From assembly GCA_951406725.2 (NCBI GenBank), contig OX597833.1:58404001-58468000 (forward strand): a DNA stretch of 64,000 nt. Direction: 5' to 3'. Positions within the stretch are counted from its first letter, which is position 1. Each line of letters opens with the position of its first letter. A program made the translations under genes and the position numbers. Below, in pieces: positions 13,980 through 26,407 of this stretch. The DNA is from Octopus vulgaris. Its lineage: Eukaryota. The notes beneath the pieces were generated by a model, which saw only the letters and a program-made list of their open reading frames with translations, was not told the origin of the DNA and made no database searches.

Positions 13980-14560
13980 GTTTTAGGTCGCTCCAAGGTC
14001 GCCCTTACAAACAGACCTATAATCACAAATGGCGTTCTATCCGTGACCATCCTTTCTTTTTTTTTTATATATATTTTCAGGGAGCTGAGAATTATATTAT
14101 CCAATGTATTATTTAAAAAATAAGTTGTGGTGGGACTGGGGATTATTTAAGAGAGATTTAGCTGCTATTTCTAGCTTTTGGAGTACATAGAGGCTCCCTT
14201 ATAAGGCAACCTATGATCATCAAAGGCATTCCAGCCGTAACCATCCCGTCTTTTTTCGTATATAAAGGGAACCGCGGTTACATTATCCGATGTAAAATAG
14301 AAACGATATGGTGGGACTGCGATGATTTAAGGGAGATTTGGCTGCTATTTCTAACTCGTAGAGTACATAGAGGCTCTCGTACAAACAGACCAATGATCAC
14401 CGAAGGCATTCCAGCCGTGACCATCCCGTCTTTTTTCGTATGTAAAAGGAACCGCGGTTACATTATCCGATGTGAAATAGAAACGGTTTGGTGGGACTGC
14501 GGTGATTTAAGGGAGATTTGGCTGCTATTTCTAGCTCGTGTAGTACACAGAGGCTCCTTG
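13980..14560 (+). repeat. Tandem ~180-bp copies of an old dispersed repeat
   Basis: cagacctatgatcaaaggcattccagccgtgaccatcc...gagatttggctgctatttctagc; many diverged relatives at ~0.8-1.1, 15.5-19.0, 31.4, 33.9-35.0, 49.2 and 55.6 kb. Confidence 0.7.
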
Positions 14561-15041
14561 GTTGACTCGTTATAAGCGGTGGTGACAACGGGGAACGGGA
14601 ATGGGTTAGTTATGTGGTGGTGGTGATGGCGACGGTGGTGTTGGTTAGTTATTCAGTGATGATGATGATGATGATGGTGTTTGTGGTTCTGGTTGTGGTG
14701 TAATCGTTAGTTACTCATTCATTGATGGTGGTGATGGTGACGATGGTGGTTAATTATCAGTGATGGTGGTGGTGATGGCGGTAAAAATGCTGGTTATTTG
14801 TTTTTCAGTGTCGGCTGTGGTGGTAACAACAGTGGTTTGATGGCGGCTGTGGCGGCAATTGTTATGTAACAAATATAGTCTGTAGTGTTTATGGATTTCT
14901 TTTTCGTTTTTTTTCTAATATTATATAATGGGAATGGCAACTTGATGATGATGATGTTGACACTAGTCATCAGGTTTTCTTTTAAAACTGTGGAGAGGTG
15001 GTCGTCGTGATCGTGGCAATGGCGTTATATAATAAAATATA

Positions 15042-15210
15042 AGGAGTGGCTGCTGTGTGGTAAGTAGCTTGCTTACCAACCACATGGTTCCGGGTTCATT
15101 CCCACTGCGTGGCACCTTGGGCAAGTGTCTTCTACTATAGCCTCGGGCCGACCAAAGCCTTGTGAGTGGATTTGGTAGACGGAAACTGAAAGAAGCCCAT
15201 CGTATATATG

Positions 15211-15243
<33 letters not shown>

Positions 15244-15455
15244 TTGTGTGTCTGTGTTTGTCCCCCTAGCATTGCTTGACAACCGATGCTGGTGTGTTTA
15301 TGTCCCCGTTACTTAGCGGTTCGGCAAAAGAGACCGATAGAATAAGTACTGGACTTACAAAAGAATCAGTCCCGGGGTCGAGTTGCTCGATCAAAGGCGG
15401 TGCTCCAGCATGGCCGCAGTCAAATGAGTGAAAGAAGTAAAAGAGTAAAAGAGAG
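15042..15455 (+). mobile_element. SINE family 1
   Basis: Near full-length match; (AGTAAAAG)-type tail. Confidence 0.85.
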
Positions 15456-17279
15456 TATGGTGCCCCTGAAACGAGTAAAAGAAGGTTGTCGCTGTTGTTA
15501 ACCCCACATTAACCCTGACTAAGCAGACCTTTATCCCTTGTGGTGTTCTAGTCTAAGACGGTAGATATCTGTCCTTGTTTGTCCTGTCTGTGTTTAGTCC
15601 CTTGTGGGGAGTAAAGAAATAGGTAGATATCTGTGAAAGATTTGGCTGCTATTTCTAACAAAGCAAGTGACCTCCTTACAGGCTCTCTTTCTGGCTTGAT
15701 GTTTGTTTACGTAAGTGTGTCGCTGGTGATGGTAGTAGCGACGTGTTGTTGTTGTTGTTGGCGGTGGTGGTGATGGTGGTGGTGATGACGAGCTCTGATA
15801 GTAGAGTAGATTATATATAAAACTTGGAATGGGGCGATGTTGACTACTAACGGTTCCGTCATTAGTTGACGCTGCTGTTCGTTTAGCCCTAGGCCACGTC
15901 TAATCGAGTGGCAGATTTCCTGTGATCAAAGACGCCCCAGCCGTGAGTGACCAAACTGCTTTTTTTTTTATGTCGTAGTCTTAATCTGTCGCTCTGCTTG
16001 ATAGCTTTCTCCGTTCCTACCGCCGTTATTGACCCGGAAAGGATGAAAGGTAAAGTTGACCACGACGGAATTTGAACTCAACGTGGTGGCATTTCGTCTG
16101 TATTTTTACGTTCTGAGTTAATAATATTAATTAATAAACCTCACCGGTACTATTTTATCGCAATTCTTTATTTAAGGTGTTCGGGGGGGGCGGGGTTGTT
16201 CAGAGGGAAGTTAGGGAGAAGTTTTGCTTGCTGCTATTTCTAGCATGCTAGAAACGACAGGCTTCCTCAACTGGTTCAAAGCTAATTCAGTTTAATCAAA
16301 AATGCTGATCAATAATACATTTTCCCCCCGATCATCACATAGAGGAAGAAAAGGGTCTCGAACATCGCATAGAGGAAGAAAAAGGGCCGAAGGAAAACAG
16401 TCTTATACTGGAGATCTTTGCTTCTAGCAGAATGGACTCAGCTGAAGGGTACCCTAGGACTTGATAATTGGTATTTAACTGGACGATGGTTTGGTCATCA
16501 CTGAAATATCTGTCTATCGCACACACACACACTCTATCATACCCCCCACAGAGCCTCATTATTGTATTCTGCATTATTATTATTATTCAGATTACGTTCA
16601 TTGGCGGCGTAAAGTTTGGATGGTTACCCTAATGGAAATATTATTAATGAAGCCTCCAACGACGTACCTGGGATGACAAGAATACCTATGAACGTAAACG
16701 AAGCTCTCAATTAGGTTTACGGATTGTATAGGGATGACGTTCTCCTAATCGCTTTCGAATGTTCCCAGGTCTTGGCCGGAAAGGGTCAGAAAACGGACAG
16801 GCGGGGTTGGGGGCTACAGTCTCTATATATCTTTCGGATAGGGTAGTATGAATGTTAACTTCTTGGATATTACCTTAAATCTAGATTCAGAACTATACCA
16901 CAGGTCCGTACCATAGACCTAATGAACAACTCATTTACGTACGTACGTGCGCGCAGGAGCACACAAACACACATACACAAGCGCTCATTTGTAACACGTT
17001 TGTTGTGGAAGTTATATAATCCTCGGCCGGCTCTACACGTGCAGTTTTATGGTTCGTTGGTAGTCGCGCCGAACGACTAGGCCCGCCTGATAGTGTAATG
17101 GTTGTGTAGACCCAAGTGAGTTCTAAAGGATCAGTACTCTATGATCTGATCAGTTAGATATTCCAGTTGACCATCCCGCCAATTATTTTTCCGACAACGT
17201 ATCTTCAACACTCTCCAATAAGTCCACTCCGCCCCTTTTTTTTTTAGGACGTGATTTGAGATTCCGCCGAGGTCGACTT

Positions 17280-17478
17280 TACCTTTCATCCTTTCGGGGT
17301 CGATAAATTAAGTACCAGTTACGCTCTGGGGTCGATAAATTAAGTACCAGTTACGCACTGGGGTCGATAAATTAAGTACCATTTACGCATTGGGGTCGAT
17401 GTAACCGACTTAATACCAATGTCTGTCTTTGTTTGTCCCCTCTATGTTTAGCCCCTTGTGGGTAATAAAGAAATAGGT
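17280..17478 (+). mobile_element. SINE family 2 fragment with an internal ~32-bp triplication
   Basis: ggggtcgataaattaagtaccagttacgcact repeated three times. Confidence 0.75.
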
Positions 17479-17796
17479 ACGATTTGAGTGAGAATTGACT
17501 GTTATTTCTAGCAAAACGAGCGATTACTTGATGTTAGTAGTGGCGCTAGTTTGGAAATGATAGTAGTGGTACTACAGGTACTATCATTTATTTGTACCAC
17601 TACTAGAGGTACTGATATGATGAGTAATGATAGAGGTACTGGAAATGATGGGACGTTTTGTGTTTTCGGGTCGATGAAGGAAGGACACTGGCGTTTGAAC
17701 GTTAAACATCCTTTGATTAAAATGTTTGTCAAGGGTGCGGTGACTGTACTCGAAGCCTAGGCAACCGTTAACATTTGACGGGTGACAGATGTGCTG

Positions 17797-17831
<35 letters not shown>

Positions 17832-19466
17832 GATAATGATGACACTGTAATAAACACCAGGTCGAGTCTCTTTTCTTTTCTTTTCTTTTTCTTCCTTTCT
17901 CTGTGGTCGTTCAAACCGGTTAGAAATAGCAGTCAAATCTTCGATTCGCATTATTTTGAAAAAGAAAAAAGAATTTTAAAAAAAACGACGTGTTGGGTGT
18001 TATTGAAACATTGTGTCAAGGAAATAATCCCATCTCATAAAAAAAAAAAACATAAAAAAAACGGGATGGTCACGGCTAGAATGTTTGATGAAAGCTGACC
18101 TTGGCCAAACGCCACCACCACCACCACCACCATCGTCTACAGCAACTGCAACAACTGCGAAGGCCTCTCTGTGGTCGTTCGATTTGCTTAGAAATAGCAG
18201 CCAATTTTTCTTATTGGTCCTTGATTGCACTATCTGAATAAAAGACGGGATGGGCACGACTGGAATGTCGGAATGTTTTGACCCTCTCCCCCCCCCCCTC
18301 TCTTTCTTTCTTTCTCTCTCTCGTCAGGCTTGGACTTTGGGTTTACTAAACAACATCAATCAGCTGGTGGTAGTAGTAATGGTGGTGGTGGTGGTGGTGG
18401 TGGTAATGATTGTTGTATCAGCTGAAGTCGTTCGAGGTCGTGGAGGCAAATAATAAATGTAATATCGCTATGTTAGTGGCGGCGACGGTGGTGGTAGTGG
18501 TAGCAGTAGTAGTGGTAGTGATGGTGGGAGTTGTAGTAGTGGTGGTGGTGGTGGTGGTGGTGAGTGTAGTAGTACCTGAAATCACAGGTATTGAGTGGTT
18601 GTCGGTGGTTAGATAGAGCTTTGAGCAGCAGATCCCGACGCTCATTCGTTGTTGTTCAGCTCCAAATCAGCTCTGATCGCGCAAGGAAAACTGATGAAAG
18701 ACACTCCAGACGTGGCCACCCTGTCTATATTTCTTAGATACAGTGTTTGAGTAACAGACATACATTCTCTGGTGTGTCCTTAGGTGGTTTATTTGCGATG
18801 GAAATTTGGTTGCTCTGTCTAGCAGGTCGAGTGAACACGTAAAATAAAAAATAAAACACTCGTTAGTACACTGTAGTTGTTATTGCTGTTGTTAAGCCCT
18901 AGGTCGGTCATTATCGAGAATATTTTGTGATGAAAAGCAATCCAAACGTAGCCACCCTGTGCTGTCTTTTTCTCTCTCTCCCGGATATATATCTAGGCCT
19001 TCTTTGTGCAATGCGTCCCTCGTTTTATTAGATAATAAGGTGTTATTTGAGAGTTAGGGTTAAGGAGACAGTTGAGGAGAGATATAGGGGCTATATATCA
19101 CTTCTGGAAGACAGGATCGAACAAGCTGACGTTCTGTTGTTGAATTAGGTGAAGATATCGAGCGATTTTCCCGTGGCATTTCGGTCAAACTTCTTGATGT
19201 TCCGAGCGAGATATATTCCTCAAAAGATTTCCAATATCTATTTTGTCTTTGAATCTCTCTCCCCTAATCTATGATTTCCTCGCATTCATTCTCTCTCTCT
19301 TTCTGTTCTTGTTTTAGTATGTCTCTCGCTCTCCCATTTGTGTCTCCCTAATGGAATCCTTTGAATTCTCTCTCTCTCCCTCTGTATGTATGTGTGTGAC
19401 CTCGTCTGTATCACTAGCGATTCTTTTTCCTCCGTCTTCCCTTCTCTGGATCTTTCCTTCTCCTAT

Positions 19467-19501
19467 GTTTCCGACGAAGAGCTTCGCTCGAAACGTCAAA
19501 C
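19467..19501 (+). ncRNA. Minimal Penelope-type hammerhead-like motif (U4>C variant)
   Basis: GTTT-CCGACGA-A-GAGC-TTC-GCTC-GAAA-CG-TC^AAAC: stem I GTTT/AAAC, stem II GAGC/GCTC, ACGT palindrome in place of stem III. Confidence 0.5.
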
Positions 19502-19575
19502 CCTCCTTCTTTCCTGAGCGTCCAATAATACTATATTTGTTCCACGTCCTTGCGTTGTTGTTTTTTTGTTTGGAT

Positions 19576-19623
<48 letters not shown>

Positions 19624-19720
19624 GTTAATCCAAACAAGAAAGCACAAAAAACACAACAAAGCGAGGACGTGGAACAAATAAAGTATTATTGGACGCTCAG
19701 GAAAGAAGGGAAGAAGGAGG

Positions 19721-19755
19721 GCTTGACGTTTCGAGCGGAGCTCTTCGTCGGAAAC
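19721..19755 (-). ncRNA. Inverted second copy of the minimal hammerhead-like motif
   Basis: Minus strand GTTT-CCGACGA-A-GAGC-TCC-GCTC-GAAA-CG-TC-AAGC; differences from copy 1 fall in the loop or create a G.U pair. Confidence 0.5.
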
Positions 19756-19882
19756 ATAGGAGAAGGAAAGATCCAGAGAAGGGAAGACAGAGGAAAAAAA
19801 ATCGCCAACGGTACACACGAGGTCCGTCTGTAAATCATAAATCCGAAAGAGAAGCACACTCTTTAAGTTATAGAGCGCTAGA

Positions 19883-20105
19883 ATATTTAGATAAAGGTAT
19901 AACCGGTCTATGGGATTACCCAGGGTTTCGCGTTCGTAAAGCAAAGCACTCTGATGAGACGCTGTAGAGCTAAGGTGCTTTACGGACCCGAAACCCTGGG
20001 TAACCCCATAGACCGGCCATAACTAACTACCTTTATCTAAATATACATGAGTGGCTGTGTACTAAGTAGCCACACAGCTACTCGTATATATTTAGACAAA
20101 GGTAG
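19883..20105. repeat. Overlapping fold-back hairpins
   Basis: Arms 19883-19943 / 19976-20044, and a second hairpin 20027-20105 whose centre is a folded SINE-head fragment (gagtggctgtgt / acacagctactc). Confidence 0.75.
19951..20007 (+). ncRNA. Hammerhead-like motif lacking the 5' strand of stem I
   Basis: CTGATGA-G..CTGTAGAGC-TAAGGT-GCTTTACGG..C-GAAA-CCCTGGG-TA^ACCCC; near-palindromic stem III ACCCTGGGT; sequence 5' of the core does not pair with ACCCC. Confidence 0.45.
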
Positions 20106-20110
20106 ATATC

Positions 20111-20145
<35 letters not shown>

Positions 20146-20686
20146 CTAACCCCGATGCTGGTGTGTTTACGTCCCCGTAACCTATCGGCTCGGCAAAAGA
20201 TACCGATAGGAATACGTACTAGGCTTACAAAGAATAAGTCCTGGGGCCAATTAATTCGACTAAAGGCGGTGCTCCAGCATGATCGTAGTCAAATGACTGA
20301 AACAAGTAAAAGAATATATATATATATATATACACACGCACATATATACTCCTTGTAACTCTCACTTATTGAGCTTCCTTTATTGAATCTTTTATTGAGA
20401 TTTTACTCCCCTCTCCTCTTCACAGGTTCCGGGAACAGGTAGTGCAGGAAGGGTGGGAATACGAGCGCACCCTCTAATTTTTGAGGGAAGAGTGAGTGGT
20501 GTGGGCAATGATGAAAGCGCTTTGAAAAACTTCATCGCCAAAACGAACGAGCGAGCGTAGAAACATTATTGAACTGATTTAAAACATCACTTTTCCATTA
20601 TTAGATTTTCTCTGATTTGATTGATGTGCAATTATTTTATTTTATTTTTGAATTATTGTATATTTTTATCGAAAACATTTAAATGT

Positions 20687-21090
20687 AGGCGCAGGAGTGG
20701 CTGTGTGGTAAGTAGCTTGTTTACCAACAAACATGGTTCCGGGTTCAGTCCCACTGCGTGGCACCTTGGGCAAGTGTCTTCTACTATATAGCCTCGGGCC
20801 GACCAAAGCCTTGTGAGTGGATTTGGTAGACGGAAACTGAAAGAAGCCTGTCGTATATATGTATATATAAATGTGTGTATGTGTGTGTTTGTGTTTCTGT
20901 GTTTGTCCCCCTAGCATCGCTTGACAACCGATGCTGGTGTGTTTACGTCCCCGTTACTTAACGGTTCGGCAAAAGAGACCGATAGAATAAGTACTGGGCT
21001 AACAAAGAATAAGTCCCGGGGTCGAGTTGCTCGATTAAAGGCGGTGCTCCAGCATGGCCGCAGTCAAATGACTGAAACAAGTAAAAGAGT
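20687..21090 (+). mobile_element. SINE family 1
   Basis: Full-length match. Confidence 0.85.
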
Positions 21091-23322
21091 ATGCCCTTCT
21101 TGTTTCCTTCCCATCACCCTTTTCCTACCCGGAATTCAAATGCCCCCACCCGGCTTTGTCACACTGTGATGCTGGTACGGCCTAAGAATTATGTTTGAGT
21201 TACGTTTCTTATGTCACAGAAACGTTAATCTCAGGATGTAGGATATTCAGATGGTTGAACGATTGTTGATCGTCGAAACAGACGGAGAACCTTCTGTGCG
21301 TGTGTGTGTGTGTGAGAGAGAGAGAGTTTGGGAATGTGAACGTGTGTATGTATGAATGTATAGATATGGGATTGTATATATGGACATGTGCAAGTTCATG
21401 TATGTATGTATGTATGTGTGTGTATGTATGTGTGTGTATGTATGTGGGTGTATGTGTGTGTGTGTGTGTATGTGTGTGTGTATGTATGTGTATATGTATG
21501 TATGTACGTATGTGTGTATGTATGTATGTATGTATGTGTATGTGTGTGGTGTGTATGTGTGTGTGTGTATGTATGTGTGTATGTATGTGTGTATGTATGT
21601 GTGTATGTATGCGTGTATGTATGTATGCGTGTATGTATGTATGCGTGTATGTATGTATGTACGTATGTGTGTGTGTGTATGTATGTACGTATGTATGTAT
21701 GTTTGTATGTATGTATGCGTGTATGTATGTATGCGTGTATGTATGTATGTACGTATGTGTGTGTGTGTATGTATGTACGTATGTATGTATGTTTGTATGT
21801 ATGTATGTGGGTATGTGCCTATGTGTAATCTCTAACGAAAAAGAGATCAAACCTATTTCCATGCGATGCTCGCTCACACAAACACATTTCTTCATAGCGT
21901 GTGTTGTGTGTGCTAAACGAATGACAGTGAGAGAGGGTGAGAGTGAGTAAACGAAAGACAGAGAGAGCGAAAGACAGAGTGACTCTATAGAAAGACAGAG
22001 TGACTCTATAGAAAGAGAGAGCGAGAGAGAGATAGAGGAAGGAAGGAGGCGAAGTGGGAGTGCATAAGGGTGAGAGATGACGCCTTAGCAACAGTACCAG
22101 TTTCGAGAGATGCAACTGTACGCTTCTGTTTTATAAATAGACTCTCGCTTTACGTTGTTTGTTTGTTTATATATTTATTTGATTTCTTTTATATATTTAT
22201 TTATTTACTTCGCTTCCTCCTCCTCCTCTTCCTCCTCCTCCTCTGCCCGAAGCTGCTATTGTTAGAGCATTCTCGTTTCTCTCTTTCTTTCTTTCTTTCT
22301 TTCTCTTTCTCTCTCCCTCTCTCTCATTATTTGCTGTTTTCCTTTCTCCTCTTTCTCTTCCTCTTCTTGGCCTCGACTGTTGTTGACTCTCTCTTTATCT
22401 TTCTCTCTCTGTTGCTTTCACTTTCTCGCACGCGCTCTCTCTTCCTCTCTCTTGCTTTCTCTTTCTCGCACGCTCTCTCTTGCTTTCTCTTTCTCGCACG
22501 CTCTCTCTTGCTTTCTCTTTCTCGCACGCGCTCTCTCTTACTCCCTCTCTCTTGCCCTTCCACTCTCTCTTGCTTTTACTTTCTCGCACGCGCTCCCTCT
22601 TCCTCTCTCTCTCCCCCTCCCTTGCTCTCTCTCTCTCTTGCTTTCTCATTCTCGCACGCGTTCTCTCTTTCTCTCTCTCTCTCTCTTTTGTTCGCGCTCT
22701 GTTGCTCTCTCTATCGCCGTCCCTCCACCCTCATTCGGCCTCAGTTTCTGCTATTGCTTTTCTCTTCTCCCCATCTCCTCCGACTCTTCATCTCCTTCTG
22801 CCGCTTTTCCTCTTCCTCCTCATCCACTCTTACCCTCCCTCCCTCCGCCTCTCCCTTCCTCCGCCTCTCCCTTCCTCCGCCTCTCCCTTCCTCCGCCTCT
22901 CCCTCCCTCCGCCTTTCCCCCTCTCGTCATTTCTCATTCATCCTCCCCCCACACCCAACCACCTAAGTCATCGTGTTCCTCACATTTAAGTGTATTAGTA
23001 CTTATTTCAATATTTCGTATTACGTTCTGACTATTATATCAACCACCAACTGCCCTTCCAGCCGTGACTATCCCGTTTCTTTTCCTTGTTTCATGATGTT
23101 TTGCATTGCGATTTTTTTTTTTTTTCGATAAATCTAATTTTTTTTTTTTTTTTTTGAAGGAGAGAGAGAGATATTGACCTTTTCACTTGTTTTCGGACAT
23201 TGGACTGGCCATGCTGGTGCACTGAATTGAAGGGTTTAACCACCCCAAAACCCATTTTTAAAGTTTAGTTCTTATTCCATCAATCTCTCTTGTCGAACCC
23301 GATAATTTACAATGACGTAAAC

Positions 23323-23379
23323 AAAGCCTTGTGAGTGGATTTGGTAGACGGAAACTGAAAGAAGCCTGTCGTATAAATG

Positions 23380-23414
<35 letters not shown>

Positions 23415-23608
23415 TTGTCCCCCCCCAACATTGCTTGAGAACCAATGCTGGTGTGTTTGTCCCCGTTACTTAGCGGTTCGGCAAAAAGAGACCGATAGAA
23501 TAAGTACTGGGCTTACAAAAAAGAATAAGTCCCGGGGTCGAGTTGCTCGATTAAAGGCGGTGCTCCAGCATGGCCGCAGTCAAAATGACTGAAACAAGTA
23601 AAAGAGTT
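23323..23608 (+). mobile_element. SINE family 1, 5' truncated
   Basis: Match from caaagccttgtgagtgg to the tail. Confidence 0.8.
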
Positions 23609-24021
23609 AACCAGGATCTTTTCGGTTTGAACCGCAGCTTTTTCTAGCGGTGTCATATGAAATTGTCACCCATAATTATGACCCTAAAATCGATCTATTG
23701 CATTTCAATCTATTTTAGGGTTAGGGGTGGGGGGAAGGGTATCTTTTTTTTCTTCACAAAAGTAAATAAATCCAATTCGTTTCTTAAACGAGGGACAGAT
23801 GTAATCGACTCAATCCGTTTGTCTGTCCTTGTTTGTCCCCTCTGTGTTTAGCCCCTTGTGGGTAGTAAAGAAATAGGTATGAGTGAGGACGGCAGATTGA
23901 AGGGCTGTCCTGGGCGACACTCTCTCTAGCTACGCCCCTTCCACCCTTCTCACATCCTCGCTTGATCCTCGCCCAAAACCATCAGCTCCTTGGAATCCGC
24001 CCCCTGCTCATGTCTTTCCTG

Positions 24022-24415
24022 GGAGTGGCTGTGTGGTAAGTAGCCTGCTTACAAACCACACGGTTCCGGGTTCAGTCCCACTGCGTGGCACCTTGGGAAA
24101 GTGTCTTCTACTATAGCCTCGGGCCGACCAGAGCCTTGTGAGTGGATTTGGTAGACGGAAACTGAAAGAAGCCTGTCGTATATATGTATATATATATGTG
24201 TGTGTCTGTGTTTGTCCCCCCCCCTAGCATTGCTTGACAACCGATGCTGGTATGTTTACGTCCCCATTACTTAGCGGTTCGGCCAAAGAGACCGATAGAA
24301 TAAGTACTAGGCTTACAAAGAATAAGACCTGGGGTCGAGTTGCTTGACTAAAAAAGACGGTGCACCAGCATGGCCGCAGTCAAATGACTGAAACAAGTAA
24401 AAGAGAGTAAAAGAG
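24022..24415 (+). mobile_element. SINE family 1
   Basis: Near full-length match. Confidence 0.85.
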
Positions 24416-24564
24416 CATCAGTCTCCCCTATCTCAGGGTCTACAAAGGTCATGGGTCCTACCCTATTCCTTCAACAAACTTCCAAGGCTCCATCCACTTA
24501 CCCTTCCCGCACATACACTCACAAGGATAAATTTTAAGCTGCAAGAGCAAGTTCTAGCGATTAA

Positions 24565-24790
24565 CCCATCAGCATTCAGGTTACTCTGTCAAATGTAATA
24601 CTTACTTATTCACGTCATTTTAAATTAATCATGCATTATGTCATAGCTTTGATATTCCGATGATGTGATTGTTTATTTTTAAAACGACACTGTAGGGAAG
24701 GTATGAAAGGCCAGATCCGACCAATTTGAAGATAAAACAGTTGGAATAGGAATACTTTGGCTGGATTTAACTGGTTTTAATGCTAAAAGG
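24565..24790. mobile_element. piggyBac-type MITE
   Basis: TTAA|CCCATCAGCATT...AATGCTAAAAGG|TTAA. Confidence 0.7.
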
Positions 24791-25118
24791 TTAAGGAACA
24801 ACTAAGAAGAGCAGCTTTAATTCAATAGATAGATAGATCATCCTAGCTATTTTACTAAGGTGCTTTTAGAATGCTTAGCAGAAAATCACCAGCATTTATC
24901 TGTGTTAACCCTTTCCTTGCTATATTTCTTTTTAAATACACTTCATTTCATCATCATCATCATAATCATCATCATCATCATGCCTCTCCTTTCCATGCTG
25001 GCATGGATTAGACCAGCGTTTCTCAACAAGGGTTCCCCGGAACCCTAGGTTTTCTGCAAAAGATTTCTAGGGGCTCCGCAAGAAAGAGTGAGATAAGCTA
25101 ATGCTAATTTCATGATTG

Positions 25119-25163
<45 letters not shown>

Positions 25164-25326
25164 TGAGAATAATCGGGTTCTTGACTGAAGAAAGAAAACT
25201 TTGAATGACCTGTCCTTGCTTTCTTTATATCGTCTATCTGGATGTTTTGTTGTCCCATTTTTGTATCACCTCACTGTCCTGATGTTTTGCGTTCTTGTCC
25301 CATTTTGTATCTTCATTTATATATAT

Positions 25327-25751
25327 AGGCGCAGGAGTGGCTGTGTGGTAGGTAGTTTGTTTACCAACCACATGGTCCCGGGTTCAGTCCCACTGCGTGG
25401 CACCTTGGGCAAGTGTCTTCTACTATAGCCTCGGGCCGACCAAAGCCTTGTGAGTGGATTTGGTAGACGGAAACTGAAAGAAGCCCTTCGTATATATGTA
25501 TATATATATATATATATATATTATATGCGTGTGTGTGTTTGTGTGTCTGTGTTTGTCCCCGCCTAGCATTGCTTGACAACCGATGCTGGTGTGTTTATGT
25601 CTCCGTTACTTAGTGGTTCGGCAAAAGAGACCGATAGAATAAGTACTGGGCTTACAAAAGAATAAGTCCCGGGGTCGAGTTGCTCGATTAAAGGCGGTGC
25701 TCCAGCATGGCCGCAGTCAAATGACTGAAACAAGTAAAAGAGTAAAAGAGT
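25327..25751 (+). mobile_element. SINE family 1 nested in a hAT MITE
   Basis: Full-length match, flanked by TA runs. Confidence 0.85.
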
Positions 25752-25807
25752 ATATATATATATATGACATTTTCCATGTGAACTACAATGAAAAAACAAG
25801 AGAAAGA

Positions 25808-25990
25808 TCATCATCATCCAGTGTTTTAAATCCAGGTTTTGTCCCCTTTAACTGGGTCCAGATCTACCTCAGGTGCCATAACAACCACCCTCACACCATC
25901 TTGCCATCTTGCCCGGTTTTGTGTGTCCTCCTTTCTCAAGCCAACCCTCCCAACTTCTCCTCCACCTGTCCCCTCCACGTTTTCCTCGAT
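25808..25990 (-). mobile_element. RTE LINE 3' fragment
   Basis: Minus strand, frameshifted RKTWRGQVEE...KEDTQNRARWQDGV, ending in (TGA)n. Confidence 0.6.
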
Positions 25991-26149
25991 TTGGTATATA
26001 ATTTTTTTTTCTTGTGCAGAGTTTCCTTGAGATATGTAATTTATTTTAAGGGTTACGTAAGGGTAAAAAGGTTGGGAAACACTGGGTTAGACGGTTTAAC
26101 TGAAACTGGTGGGCTGCTGTCTATCTCTTTCTCTCTCTCTCTCTCTCTG

Positions 26150-26188
<39 letters not shown>

Positions 26189-26311
26189 GTCTCTCTATTT
26201 CTCTCTCTCTCTCTCTATCTATCTATCTGTCTATCTATATCTATCTATCTGTCTCTCTCTCTCTCTCTCTCTCTCTGTCTATCTATCTGTCTATCTATAT
26301 CTATCTATCTG

Positions 26312-26342
<31 letters not shown>

Positions 26343-26375
26343 ATCTATCTCTATCTATCTGTCTGTCTCTCTCTT

Positions 26376-26407
<32 letters not shown>

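Larger units (their letters stand above)
19398..19824. mobile_element. Tail-to-tail inverted pair of a short element around (TA)n
   Basis: 19398-19580 is the reverse complement of ~19623-19824; both 3' ends run into the central (TA)n. Confidence 0.7.
25014..26084. mobile_element. hAT MITE expanded by nested insertions
   Basis: TIRs CAGCGTTTCTCAAC / GTTGGGAAACACTG; TSD GATTAGAC / GGTTAGAC. Confidence 0.7.

Noticed and set aside
20421-20445. 13-nt micro-exon candidate (cacag|gttccgggaacag|gtagt)
   Set aside because: Weak donor and no supporting evidence.
22075-22095. TGACGC and TTAGCAAC motifs as a possible CRE/RFX promoter
   Set aside because: Short half-sites expected by chance; no transcript evidence.
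22200-23030. Leu/Ser/Phe-rich membrane-like ORFs (also 3.7-4.2 and 25.7-26.8 kb)
   Set aside because: Translations of (CT)n and (CTAT)n low-complexity DNA.
25180-25215. CTGAAGA-AAG-aaaa-CTT-TGAA hammerhead-like string in a TA-flanked element
   Set aside because: GAAA is broken and stems I and III cannot be formed; too degenerate to call from this copy.
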